In this document: positions 57,006 to 64,000 of the stretch, in pieces
Layout: every line of letters starts with the position of its first letter
Numbering within the stretch: position 1 is the first letter of the stretch
Source: an uncultured virus (IMG/VR IMGVR_UViG_3300029953_000007)
Taxonomy: Duplodnaviria; Heunggongvirae; Uroviricota; Caudoviricetes
Strand: one strand, 5' to 3'
Virus record (IMG/VR): IMGVR_UViG_3300029953_000007
DNA: 64,000 nucleotides
The notes under the pieces: model-generated
What the model was told of the DNA's origin: nothing
The model's database searches: none
The model's input: only the letters and a program-made list of their open reading frames with translations
Position numbers and translations under genes: made by a program

Positions 57006-57296
57006 ATGAGAGCAGAGAATTTTGATATAGAAGATGTAATACAGAATCTTCAAGGTACATGTGGACACCCAATATCAAGTTGTTTTGGAGAAGATGGTAT
57101 ACTTAATGATGATTATACACCAAAATATCCTGATATGGATGAAGATGATCTAACAGAAGATGATTACATGGAGTTGGATAATTGGATCTTTGTATGTGAA
57201 TCTTGTGGTTGGTGGTGTGGAACTTCAGAAGATAATGATTTTGAAGGACAACGATATTGCGATGACTGCTATAGTGAAGCAGCATACGACGAGTAG
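57006..57296 (+). CDS. Acidic Zn-finger protein
   Basis: CESCGWW...YCDDC. Confidence 0.7.
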   Translation: MRAENFDIEDVIQNLQGTCGHPISSCFGEDGILNDDYTPKYPDMDEDDLTEDDYMELDNWIFVCESCGWWCGTSEDNDFEGQRYCDDCYSEAAYDE

Positions 57297-57304
57297 AATG
57301 AAGA

Positions 57305-57453
57305 ATGACAAATAAAGTATTTTTAGGTGGTACATGTGCAAATAGCACATGGAGAGACGAATTAACTCCAAGATTAGATGTAGAGGTGGTATTGCATATA
57401 TTGATGAAGAGTTAGATAGAACAGCACGTGTTATTAATAATTGTTTCGCATAA
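57305..57453 (+). pseudogene. Internally deleted nucleoside 2-deoxyribosyltransferase-like gene
   Basis: MTNKVFLGGTCANSTWRDEL N-terminus stops at 57415; a second frame RGGIAYIDEELDRTARVINNCFA* is coupled to the next ATG. Confidence 0.6.
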
Positions 57454-57854
57454 TGGAAGAAGAAAAGACAGTTAATGGTTATAACATTCCACTAAGGGAA
57501 TTGACCGAGGAAGAAGCTACAAGAGATATTACACTTGATAGATTTAATGATTACATGTGTACAGTTGGTGAAGATTTCGTGGATCAACATGAAAGTATAG
57601 TAGACTATAAAGTATATGGTGGTTGGTTATTAGCAAGGTATCCAGAAAAGAATTTAGAGATACTAAGATGTATTAATGATAGTTGGCCATCAGTTCAAAG
57701 TATGATGTATGAAGTGTTTGATGCAGAGGGAGAAGACAATGAGCTTAATGTATTCTACACAGACTTCGCTGAGTTCTTAAATCTAACAGGTGCTGCAAAG
57801 GAACGTGTTAATCAAATATTAATTCAAATAGACGAACATTATAATGGAGGATGA
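57453..57854 (+). CDS. Hypothetical protein
   Basis: TAATG start preferred. Confidence 0.7.
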   Translation: MEEEKTVNGYNIPLRELTEEEATRDITLDRFNDYMCTVGEDFVDQHESIVDYKVYGGWLLARYPEKNLEILRCINDSWPSVQSMMYEVFDAEGEDNELNVFYTDFAEFLNLTGAAKERVNQILIQIDEHYNGG

Positions 57855-58092
57855 AATAATAGGAAGTATTAGTCGTGTATTAGAAGGTGAGTTAACTACT
57901 AACAGTTTACCAGTTGTTCCCTTATGTTTGTTATTTGATACTTGTAAACAATACGGTTGTGAGCTAGATCATGATGATTATAGGAGTAATGGATGGCAAG
58001 TAGACTTCTGGCAAGACTTAAGTTATAAAGGTAATGAATATACAATAAGTGGATCGTTATTCGATGGTGATTATAAAATATATAAAAAATGA
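57844..58092 (+). CDS. Hypothetical protein
   Basis: SNGWQVDFW. Confidence 0.65.
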   Translation: MEDEIIGSISRVLEGELTTNSLPVVPLCLLFDTCKQYGCELDHDDYRSNGWQVDFWQDLSYKGNEYTISGSLFDGDYKIYKK

Positions 58093-58560
58093 GAACAATT
58101 TACCTAGCTGGACCTGATGTGTTCAGAAAGGATGCAACCGACTATTTACAAGGTCTAAAAGACTTATGTAGTCAATATGGCTTTATAGGATTATCACCTC
58201 TTGATAATGAAATAGAGCCAACAGCAACTAATCAGAGTTCAATGTCTAATGCTATATTTAGTGGTAATATACAATTACTTAATGAATGTGATATAGTTAT
58301 AGCTAACTTAAATCCGTTTAGAGGGCCTAATGTTGATGATGGTACAGCTTTTGAGATAGGATTTGCAGGAGCTAAAGGTAAGATTATTTATGGTTATACA
58401 TTCTTTAATAAAACAACATTAAAGCAATTAACTTCTATATAGTCAATTTTATAGTATTTATCCTGAAGTTGAAGACTTTGATCACTGTAGGAATTTAATG
58501 TTAGTTCATGCTATCGAAGAGAGTGGTGGTAAAATTATGAAGAGGTTTGAAGACATTTAA
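58089..58560 (+). pseudogene. Nucleoside 2-deoxyribosyltransferase with a frameshift near 58436-58441
   Basis: IYLAGPDVF, SPLDNE, PFRG..DDGTAFEIG; the C-terminal VEDF...NLML lies in the +1 frame up to 58560. Confidence 0.8.
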
Positions 58561-58923
58561 ATGAGAAAGTTTTATAGAGAATTACCAAAAGAAATAACAG
58601 ATATTTTAATGATCTCTAAAGGATGGTTAGTAGGATCTTCAATTGGAGATATCTTAGATAAGAAAGTACCGAGAGACTATGATATCATAGTCTCTCCTGA
58701 GAACTATAGTGCAATTTACAGACATGTAAGTCGTTACGATCCTGAATTTAATAATCATGGAGGCTTGAAGATTAGAATGTATGAAGATCTAGAATCTGAT
58801 AATTACATTGAAGTTGATTTATGGAAACAAAGTTTAGACTCATTTTTAACTCGAGCTGCTACTGTCTTTAGTTATACTTATAACGTTAGTATTAAAATGA
58901 TGATAAGTAATGATAAAGGATGA
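58561..58923 (+). CDS. Nucleotidyltransferase-like small protein
   Basis: LVGSSI...PRDYDIIV...N.HGGLK...VDLW. Confidence 0.55.
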   Translation: MRKFYRELPKEITDILMISKGWLVGSSIGDILDKKVPRDYDIIVSPENYSAIYRHVSRYDPEFNNHGGLKIRMYEDLESDNYIEVDLWKQSLDSFLTRAATVFSYTYNVSIKMMISNDKG

Positions 58924-58973
58924 GACTTACAACTGAACAAATTAAGTAATTAGAGGAGTTGATAAAATATTAA

Positions 58974-59318
58974 ATGAAACTAAATAAACAGAGCTTTTGG
59001 AATGAAGTGTTAAACGCTAATCCAAAAGCAGCAGAACTATTTCTGAGATTTATAGATAAATACAAAGTAGATAATGATTGGTATCAGTTATTTAATGCAC
59101 ATACGACTTTTATTAAAAGTCACTATCCTGGTGGGGATAATAAAATAGAAATTTTTACACCTAAATATCATGAACTACCAGTTGCAATGCAATTAGGTAT
59201 ATTTATGGAGTTTCTACATCAATATAGTGTAGAATATGAAGGTACAGACACAGTCTTTATTGAAGAAGTAAAAAGAATTATAATTGATAACCTAGGAGAA
59301 ATGAATGATGAACTTTAG
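58974..59318 (+). CDS. Hypothetical protein
   Basis: 114-aa ORF. Confidence 0.65.
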   Translation: MKLNKQSFWNEVLNANPKAAELFLRFIDKYKVDNDWYQLFNAHTTFIKSHYPGGDNKIEIFTPKYHELPVAMQLGIFMEFLHQYSVEYEGTDTVFIEEVKRIIIDNLGEMNDEL

Positions 59319-59622
59319 TATAAATGATAAATACGCTAATAGCACTATAATTAAGTTATTAAATCAACTGAATACAAGCTATATTTACATCAGTAATGCT
59401 ACTTTAAGTGCAGTACAAACATATCTAAGAGATGAAGAAAACTTTGAGGTTATTGTTTGTATAGAAGATATTCGTTACTACTATGATAGCTTTTGGCCTT
59501 ATTATACAGACGAACAAGTAAGTGATGATAGAGAATATTTCTCAAATTATGAAGCGTGTTTAGAGGTTGGAATCACTAATGCACTTATCGATTTAAAAGC
59601 ATGGAAGAACAAACAAAGTTAA
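59305..59622 (+). CDS. Hypothetical protein (distant paralog of 33141..33566)
   Basis: TLSAVQTYLRDE...NYEACLEVGITNAL. Confidence 0.6.
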   Translation: MMNFSINDKYANSTIIKLLNQLNTSYIYISNATLSAVQTYLRDEENFEVIVCIEDIRYYYDSFWPYYTDEQVSDDREYFSNYEACLEVGITNALIDLKAWKNKQS

Positions 59623-60005
59623 AATATCGAATAGTAAGATTTGTAGATGTTAGCGATTGGGATGATTTGGTTAAAAAGTCTTATGGAAGACCCTATAGTT
59701 TTCAGCAACAAGATGGTTGTCAATCAAGAGGCATCTTTAATTTAGAAATACCTTCAGAGGATTCTGAAGATGAATATATGCACGATTCTATATCTGAAGT
59801 TGTTAATGGAGATCGAATGGGAGTGAAGTTTAAAGTTTGGTTAGCTAGAGATCCTAAACAACCTCTAATAAACCAAAGTTATAGTGGAGCACTCAATTTA
59901 TTTTGGAAAAGAAACTTTTATCCAGATATTAATACTGTAGCTAATGACTTATATAACAAAGGTCTAATTGAAGCAGGAGATTATATAATTAATATAGATT
60001 GGTAA
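59601..60005 (+). CDS. Hypothetical protein
   Basis: YSFQQQDGCQSRG...FWKRNFYP...INIDW. Confidence 0.7.
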   Translation: MEEQTKLKYRIVRFVDVSDWDDLVKKSYGRPYSFQQQDGCQSRGIFNLEIPSEDSEDEYMHDSISEVVNGDRMGVKFKVWLARDPKQPLINQSYSGALNLFWKRNFYPDINTVANDLYNKGLIEAGDYIINIDW

Positions 60006-61075
60006 TGGAAGAACAAGCAAGAATCCCGGGAAAACTCATATTTAAGGCTATTATGGGTTCAACTGCCTATTCCAAAAATGTAGAAGGTAGCGATTTAGAC
60101 ATTAAAGGTGTATATATTCAAAATAAACAAGATATATTAGGATTTGACTATAAACCTCAAATAGAGATTAGTAAAGATGAAGTCTATTATGAGGTTCGTA
60201 GATTTATTGAGCTACTTCAAACAGCTAATCCTACAGTACTTGAAATGTTATATTCACCTAATGATTGTATTCTTATATGTTCTGATGATTTTGGCCTTAT
60301 AAGAAGTCAACGTGATATGTTCTTAACAAAGAAATGTCATAATTCATTTGGTGGTTATGCTGTACAACAAATACAGAAAGCTAGAGGTCTTAATAAGAAA
60401 ATGAACTGGGAGAAAGAGAAAATAGTACGGAAAACACCTATTGATTTCTACTATATCTATCGAGGACAAAGTGTTGCTGAAAACTTACTTAACTTCTTAA
60501 AAGGTAAAAAACTAAATCAAGAGTTATGTGGACTCACTAATATTGAACATTTTAGGGATTGTTATACTTTATGGTATGACTTTGACTATCATAATGGAGA
60601 TAGTCAACCTATTGGACTTAAAGGTATACAACTAGATGATAGCAATTCAATAAGAATTTCTAATATCCCTAAAGGTTTTGATTCATTAGGTATAGTCTAT
60701 TATAATAAGGACGCTTATTCTCAGCACTGTAAATCTCATAAGGAATATGAAACGTGGCTTAAAGAAAGAAATACACAACGTTATATTGATATTGAAGGTC
60801 ATGGACAGAAGATAGATGGTAAAAATATGCTTCATTGTAGACGTCTACTTGACGTGGCGATTGAAATTGCAACAGAGGGTACGATTAATGTACGACGTCC
60901 TAATAGAGAAGAGTTAATAAATATTCGTAAAGGTAAAGTTGATCTTGAAGCTATACTTACTCAAGCAGAGTTAGATATTAAAAAACTTGATGTAGTGTAT
61001 GAGAATTGTAACCTACCAGATGAAGTATCACAAGAGTTTTGTAATCAATTATTATTAGAAATAAGGTACTTATGA
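60005..61075 (+). CDS. Pol-beta-superfamily nucleotidyltransferase (YcgL/RlaP-like)
   Basis: MGSTAY...SDLDIKGVY, ANPTVLEML, FGGYA, KNMLHCRRL, IRKG. Confidence 0.82.
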   Translation: MEEQARIPGKLIFKAIMGSTAYSKNVEGSDLDIKGVYIQNKQDILGFDYKPQIEISKDEVYYEVRRFIELLQTANPTVLEMLYSPNDCILICSDDFGLIRSQRDMFLTKKCHNSFGGYAVQQIQKARGLNKKMNWEKEKIVRKTPIDFYYIYRGQSVAENLLNFLKGKKLNQELCGLTNIEHFRDCYTLWYDFDYHNGDSQPIGLKGIQLDDSNSIRISNIPKGFDSLGIVYYNKDAYSQHCKSHKEYETWLKERNTQRYIDIEGHGQKIDGKNMLHCRRLLDVAIEIATEGTINVRRPNREELINIRKGKVDLEAILTQAELDIKKLDVVYENCNLPDEVSQEFCNQLLLEIRYL

Positions 61076-61207
61076 CAAAGCAAGAAATACAACGAGCCTT
61101 AAAAATCATAGATGGTTACTTATCACAGTTAAAAGGGCAAGGTGATAGTTTAACACAATTTTATTCTGCTTGTAAAATAGCAGAAAGAGCTTTAATTGAA
61201 TTAAATA

Positions 61208-61453
61208 ATGTATAACCTAACAGACTTTATTAGTAATACAAATATTATTAATCAAGTAGAACAGACTATGGAGTTAGTCACAAGAGATATGAAAACTGGA
61301 GAATACTTTTACTATGTTACTAAACCAAACACAAGTGTAGATAGAGCATGTGAAGAAGCATTTCGAGAGTATGTAAGAATCAAGGAAATTGATGCTGCAT
61401 TAGCAGAATATACACTAGCTGAGAAATTAAATGAGCATAGTAAAGACGATTAA
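61208..61453 (+). CDS. Hypothetical protein
   Basis: 81-aa ORF. Confidence 0.6.
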   Translation: MYNLTDFISNTNIINQVEQTMELVTRDMKTGEYFYYVTKPNTSVDRACEEAFREYVRIKEIDAALAEYTLAEKLNEHSKDD

Positions 61454-61859
61454 TGATGCTTATACTGCATCAGTTAAAACAAAAGATAACAACACAAGAG
61501 ATACATTAAAGTTAGTTAAAGCTGCATTCTTAACTTTAGAAAAAGCAGGAAAGACACCAACTGAAAGTGACTATATGTCAACCTTACAGAAAATGGTAAA
61601 GGCTCGTAAAGAGAATGCAGCACAATATCCACAGATGGCAGTTACTGACTTAGCAGAAGCAGCTATAATTGAACAGTATATACCTCAACAAATGACTACA
61701 GAACAAGTTAGTGCTTTAATTACAGTAGTTATTAAAGAAACAGGCTTAACTCCAATTAAGAAGAATATGGGAGCTATAGTTAAGGAAGTAGTAAAAGCAT
61801 CAGGTGGGATGACAGATGGTAAAACAGTAAGTGGATTAGTAAGTAAAATAGTAACATAA
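61431..61859 (+). CDS. GatB/YqeY domain protein
   Basis: KMVKARKE..QY...E..IIEQYIPQQM...KNMGAI...DGK.VS. Confidence 0.85.
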   Translation: MSIVKTINDAYTASVKTKDNNTRDTLKLVKAAFLTLEKAGKTPTESDYMSTLQKMVKARKENAAQYPQMAVTDLAEAAIIEQYIPQQMTTEQVSALITVVIKETGLTPIKKNMGAIVKEVVKASGGMTDGKTVSGLVSKIVT

Positions 61860-62185
61860 TGTGTGTAGTTTCGATGGTCGGAGACCACTATAATGATAAA
61901 TGGAAAGATTGGCAACCACAGAGTTGGCCATATCCAACAACAAGACCTATTCAACCAGTAATAAGTCCTAATACTAATATCACTTGGCCTCAAGGTGTAA
62001 GTCAAGTTGAGTTTGATAAACTTAAATCAGAGGTTTTGGAGATGAAGAAATTGCTTGAAAGAGCTTTAGAATACGACAAGAAGAATAATGAGCCTCATTG
62101 TGAAATGGAAGATAAAGTAAAATTACTTAAACAAGTGGCTGCATTAGTAGGTGTTAGTTTAGAAGATATATTTAAAAATGAATGA
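61859..62185 (+). CDS. Hypothetical protein
   Basis: MCVVSMVGDHY...YDKKNNEPHCE. Confidence 0.7.
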   Translation: MCVVSMVGDHYNDKWKDWQPQSWPYPTTRPIQPVISPNTNITWPQGVSQVEFDKLKSEVLEMKKLLERALEYDKKNNEPHCEMEDKVKLLKQVAALVGVSLEDIFKNE

Positions 62186-62987
62186 AAGAGAACCTAGAAT
62201 ATTTGTTACAACAGATAGTCACGGCTGTAATAAGGAACTTTGTGAAGTTCTGGAACTTAGTGAATTCAAGCGTGGAGTGGACACTCTTATTCATATTGGA
62301 GATTGCACTGATCGTGGACCAGATTCTTATGGTGTTATTGAAACACTCTTAAGTATACCAAACTTAATAGCAATACAAGGTAACCACGATTACCATATGA
62401 AATATTTCATAGAGACTGGTTATCATCCTTGGGAACATAAGAGTTGTAAGACAATTGAATCTTATATTAATAGTTTAGAATTAGAGGCAGAAGGTGTGTA
62501 TTGGACTTTAAAGTGGAAGAAGCATATAAGTACTAATTTTGAACCTAGGCACATGCCTAAAACACATCGTGATTTCTTTCTTAATCAACTACCTTATTAT
62601 ATAGATGGTCAGAATAGATTATTTGTACATGGTGGTTATGATCCTATGATGAAAATAGAAGAACAATCACCTAACTTTATAATATGGGATAGAGATTTAG
62701 TTCAACACCTTGGATCATTTTGGGAAGATAATAGACCAGTGAGTAATTATCCAGATGTTAATTGTTTTAAACGTGTGTTTATAGGTCATACACCAACTAT
62801 AACTTTTAAGAAAAAGACACAGGATAATAAACTTGATTCTAATTGGTTACCTAGTGGGGCATTAAACACTAAACCTATGTACTTAGGACAATTAGTTAAT
62901 CTTGATACCGGATGTGTTTTTGGTGGTAAGTTAAGTCTTATTGACATAACAAATGATGAAGAGCACATCCTTTATCAAAATACATAA
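62178..62987 (+). CDS. Ser/Thr phosphatase-like metallophosphoesterase (lambda NinI-like)
   Basis: DSHG, GDCTDRGPDS, GNHD, VHGG, WDR, GHTPT, LDTGCVFGG. Confidence 0.9.
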   Translation: MNEREPRIFVTTDSHGCNKELCEVLELSEFKRGVDTLIHIGDCTDRGPDSYGVIETLLSIPNLIAIQGNHDYHMKYFIETGYHPWEHKSCKTIESYINSLELEAEGVYWTLKWKKHISTNFEPRHMPKTHRDFFLNQLPYYIDGQNRLFVHGGYDPMMKIEEQSPNFIIWDRDLVQHLGSFWEDNRPVSNYPDVNCFKRVFIGHTPTITFKKKTQDNKLDSNWLPSGALNTKPMYLGQLVNLDTGCVFGGKLSLIDITNDEEHILYQNT

Positions 62988-62996
62988 ATTAAATCT

Positions 62997-63041
62997 TAGG
63001 GAGATATGACGGCTTATGCTGTTGTATCTCCCTATTTTTTT
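62997..63041 (+). terminator. Intrinsic terminator ending the accessory operon
   Basis: TAGGGAGATATGACGGC-TTAT-GCTGTTGTATCTCCCTA followed by T7. Confidence 0.88.
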
Positions 63042-63048
63042 AATTTGA

Positions 63049-63080
63049 TTTGATTATATCAAATAAAAGTGTTATATTTG
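63049..63080 (+). promoter_or_regulatory. Bacteroidota-type promoter
   Basis: TTTG-N20-TATATTTG, 8 nt before ATG 63089. Confidence 0.72.
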
Positions 63081-63088
63081 CAAAAATT

Positions 63089-63805
63089 ATGGATTCCTTA
63101 ACATTTAATAACCTTTCACCAGAAGAAAAAGTAGCGAAGTATAAAGACTTTAATAACCTTGATGATTCAGATTTAGGTTTTTTAAACTATAAAGCTAATA
63201 CACCAGCAAAAGTAGATATACCAAATATAGATTATAGTTCTAATTTATTAGATAATGCTCTTATAGCACCTTTATATCAACCAGTAAGTAAACCTATAGA
63301 TCCTCCTAAGATAGATCCTGTAATAACACCTACAATCACTCCAAAAGTTAATGTTGTAAAACAAGAAACTTCAGTAAATCCTAATCAAGCAGCATTAAGT
63401 GCTTATAAATATTTAGTAAATAATAAAAATATATCTAAAGAAGCAGCAGCAGGAATTGTAGGAAATCTATTTCAAGAAAGTGGAGTTGATCCAACACGAC
63501 AACAAAATAATGGAGGACCTGGAAGAGGTATTGCTCAGTGGGGTGTGGGAGATAGATGGAAGGCATTTCAAGATTGGTCTCAAAAGAGAAGTAGAGATAT
63601 ATTAGATTTACCTACACAACTTGATTATATTTTACAAGAACCAGGGCAAGAGAGTGCTATTAGAAGAACTTTAACCTCTAAAACACCAGAAGAAGCAGCT
63701 TTAAATTTTGGTAAATACTTTGAAGGTCCTAGTTCTGATCCTAAAGTTGCAAGATATGATATTAGAATAGGAATAGCAAATTCACTTTACAACTCTAAAA
63801 TATGA
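63089..63805 (+). CDS. Phage tail-type lysozyme (Phage_lysozyme2) domain protein
   Basis: AAAGIVGNLFQESG...GRGIAQW...R...QLDYI..E...AA..F...FE; Pro-rich linker. Confidence 0.82.
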   Translation: MDSLTFNNLSPEEKVAKYKDFNNLDDSDLGFLNYKANTPAKVDIPNIDYSSNLLDNALIAPLYQPVSKPIDPPKIDPVITPTITPKVNVVKQETSVNPNQAALSAYKYLVNNKNISKEAAAGIVGNLFQESGVDPTRQQNNGGPGRGIAQWGVGDRWKAFQDWSQKRSRDILDLPTQLDYILQEPGQESAIRRTLTSKTPEEAALNFGKYFEGPSSDPKVARYDIRIGIANSLYNSKI

Positions 63806-64000
63806 GAATAACGACAATAAATCAGACAGGCTTAGACTTTATAGCTAGTAATGAAGGTTTTGTGTCTAGAGTATATGGCGATGATGCAGGTGTACCAACA
63901 ATTGGTTATGGCTTCACATACTATCCTGCAACTGGTAAGAAGGTACAACATGGAGATCCTAATATTACAGAGTTACAAGCACAGAGTATGTTAAAACTAC
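63802..64000 (+). CDS. GH24 lysozyme/endolysin (3' truncated by window edge)
   Basis: GLDFIASNEGFVSRVYGDDAGVPTIGYG: E-x8-D-x5-T catalytic triad. Confidence 0.85.
   Translation, partial: MRITTINQTGLDFIASNEGFVSRVYGDDAGVPTIGYGFTYYPATGKKVQHGDPNITELQAQSMLKL

Noticed and set aside
58440..58454. Amber read-through to complete the NDT
   Set aside because: A second in-frame TAG and a TGA follow; the conserved tail is in the +1 frame.
5888..62968. Minus-strand and nested ORFs in the track (e.g. 5888, 7889, 17898, 31121, 44714, 45036, 61685)
   Set aside because: They are shadows of well-supported + strand genes and carry no motifs.
1..64000. Stop-codon reassignment (TAG or TGA) as in some crAss-like phages
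   Set aside because: Genes are full length in the standard code; TAG ends real genes (17826, 34150) and TGA is used in many ATGA overlaps.
1..64000. tRNA genes, reverse transcriptase (DGR or retron), integrase, PurZ
   Set aside because: No cloverleaf in the short intergenic gaps and no matching protein motifs seen.

Overview
This 64-kb window comes from an AT-rich dsDNA phage genome, densely coded and almost entirely on the + strand. The host is probably a Bacteroidota species, because eight promoters match TTTG-N20-TAnnTTTG. The gene set is crAss-like (Crassvirales-like; inference). The window holds a replication and nucleotide-metabolism module: PolB, SF2 and DnaB helicases, AAA ATPase, primase, resolvase, exonuclease, RNR, dUTPase, PhoH, ThyX and DNA ligase. 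It also holds a long accessory region (NAD+ rebuilding, RNA repair, phosphoesterases, a minimal HisRS-like enzyme, many small paralogous ORFs) and the start of a lysozyme region. Selfish elements are abundant: three group I introns with exactly definable splice sites (in dnaB, the AAA ATPase and the ligase), one intein at the RNR active site, and two free-standing GIY-YIG endonucleases at thyX. The most notable observations are: (1) a permuted thyX split into two ORFs by an intron-less endonuclease; (2) a second endonuclease that ends in a copy of the ThyX C-terminus; (3) an intron with a fully covaried P7 helix whose core doubles as a promoter; (4) an intron with about 800 nt inserted in its P1 loop; (5) an asymmetric tandem pair of SemiSWEET-like genes next to a NARP1-like NAD+ pathway; (6) an array of acidic mini-proteins. 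No tRNA, rRNA, CRISPR array or stop-codon recoding was seen. All family calls come from reading motifs by eye; no database searches were run.
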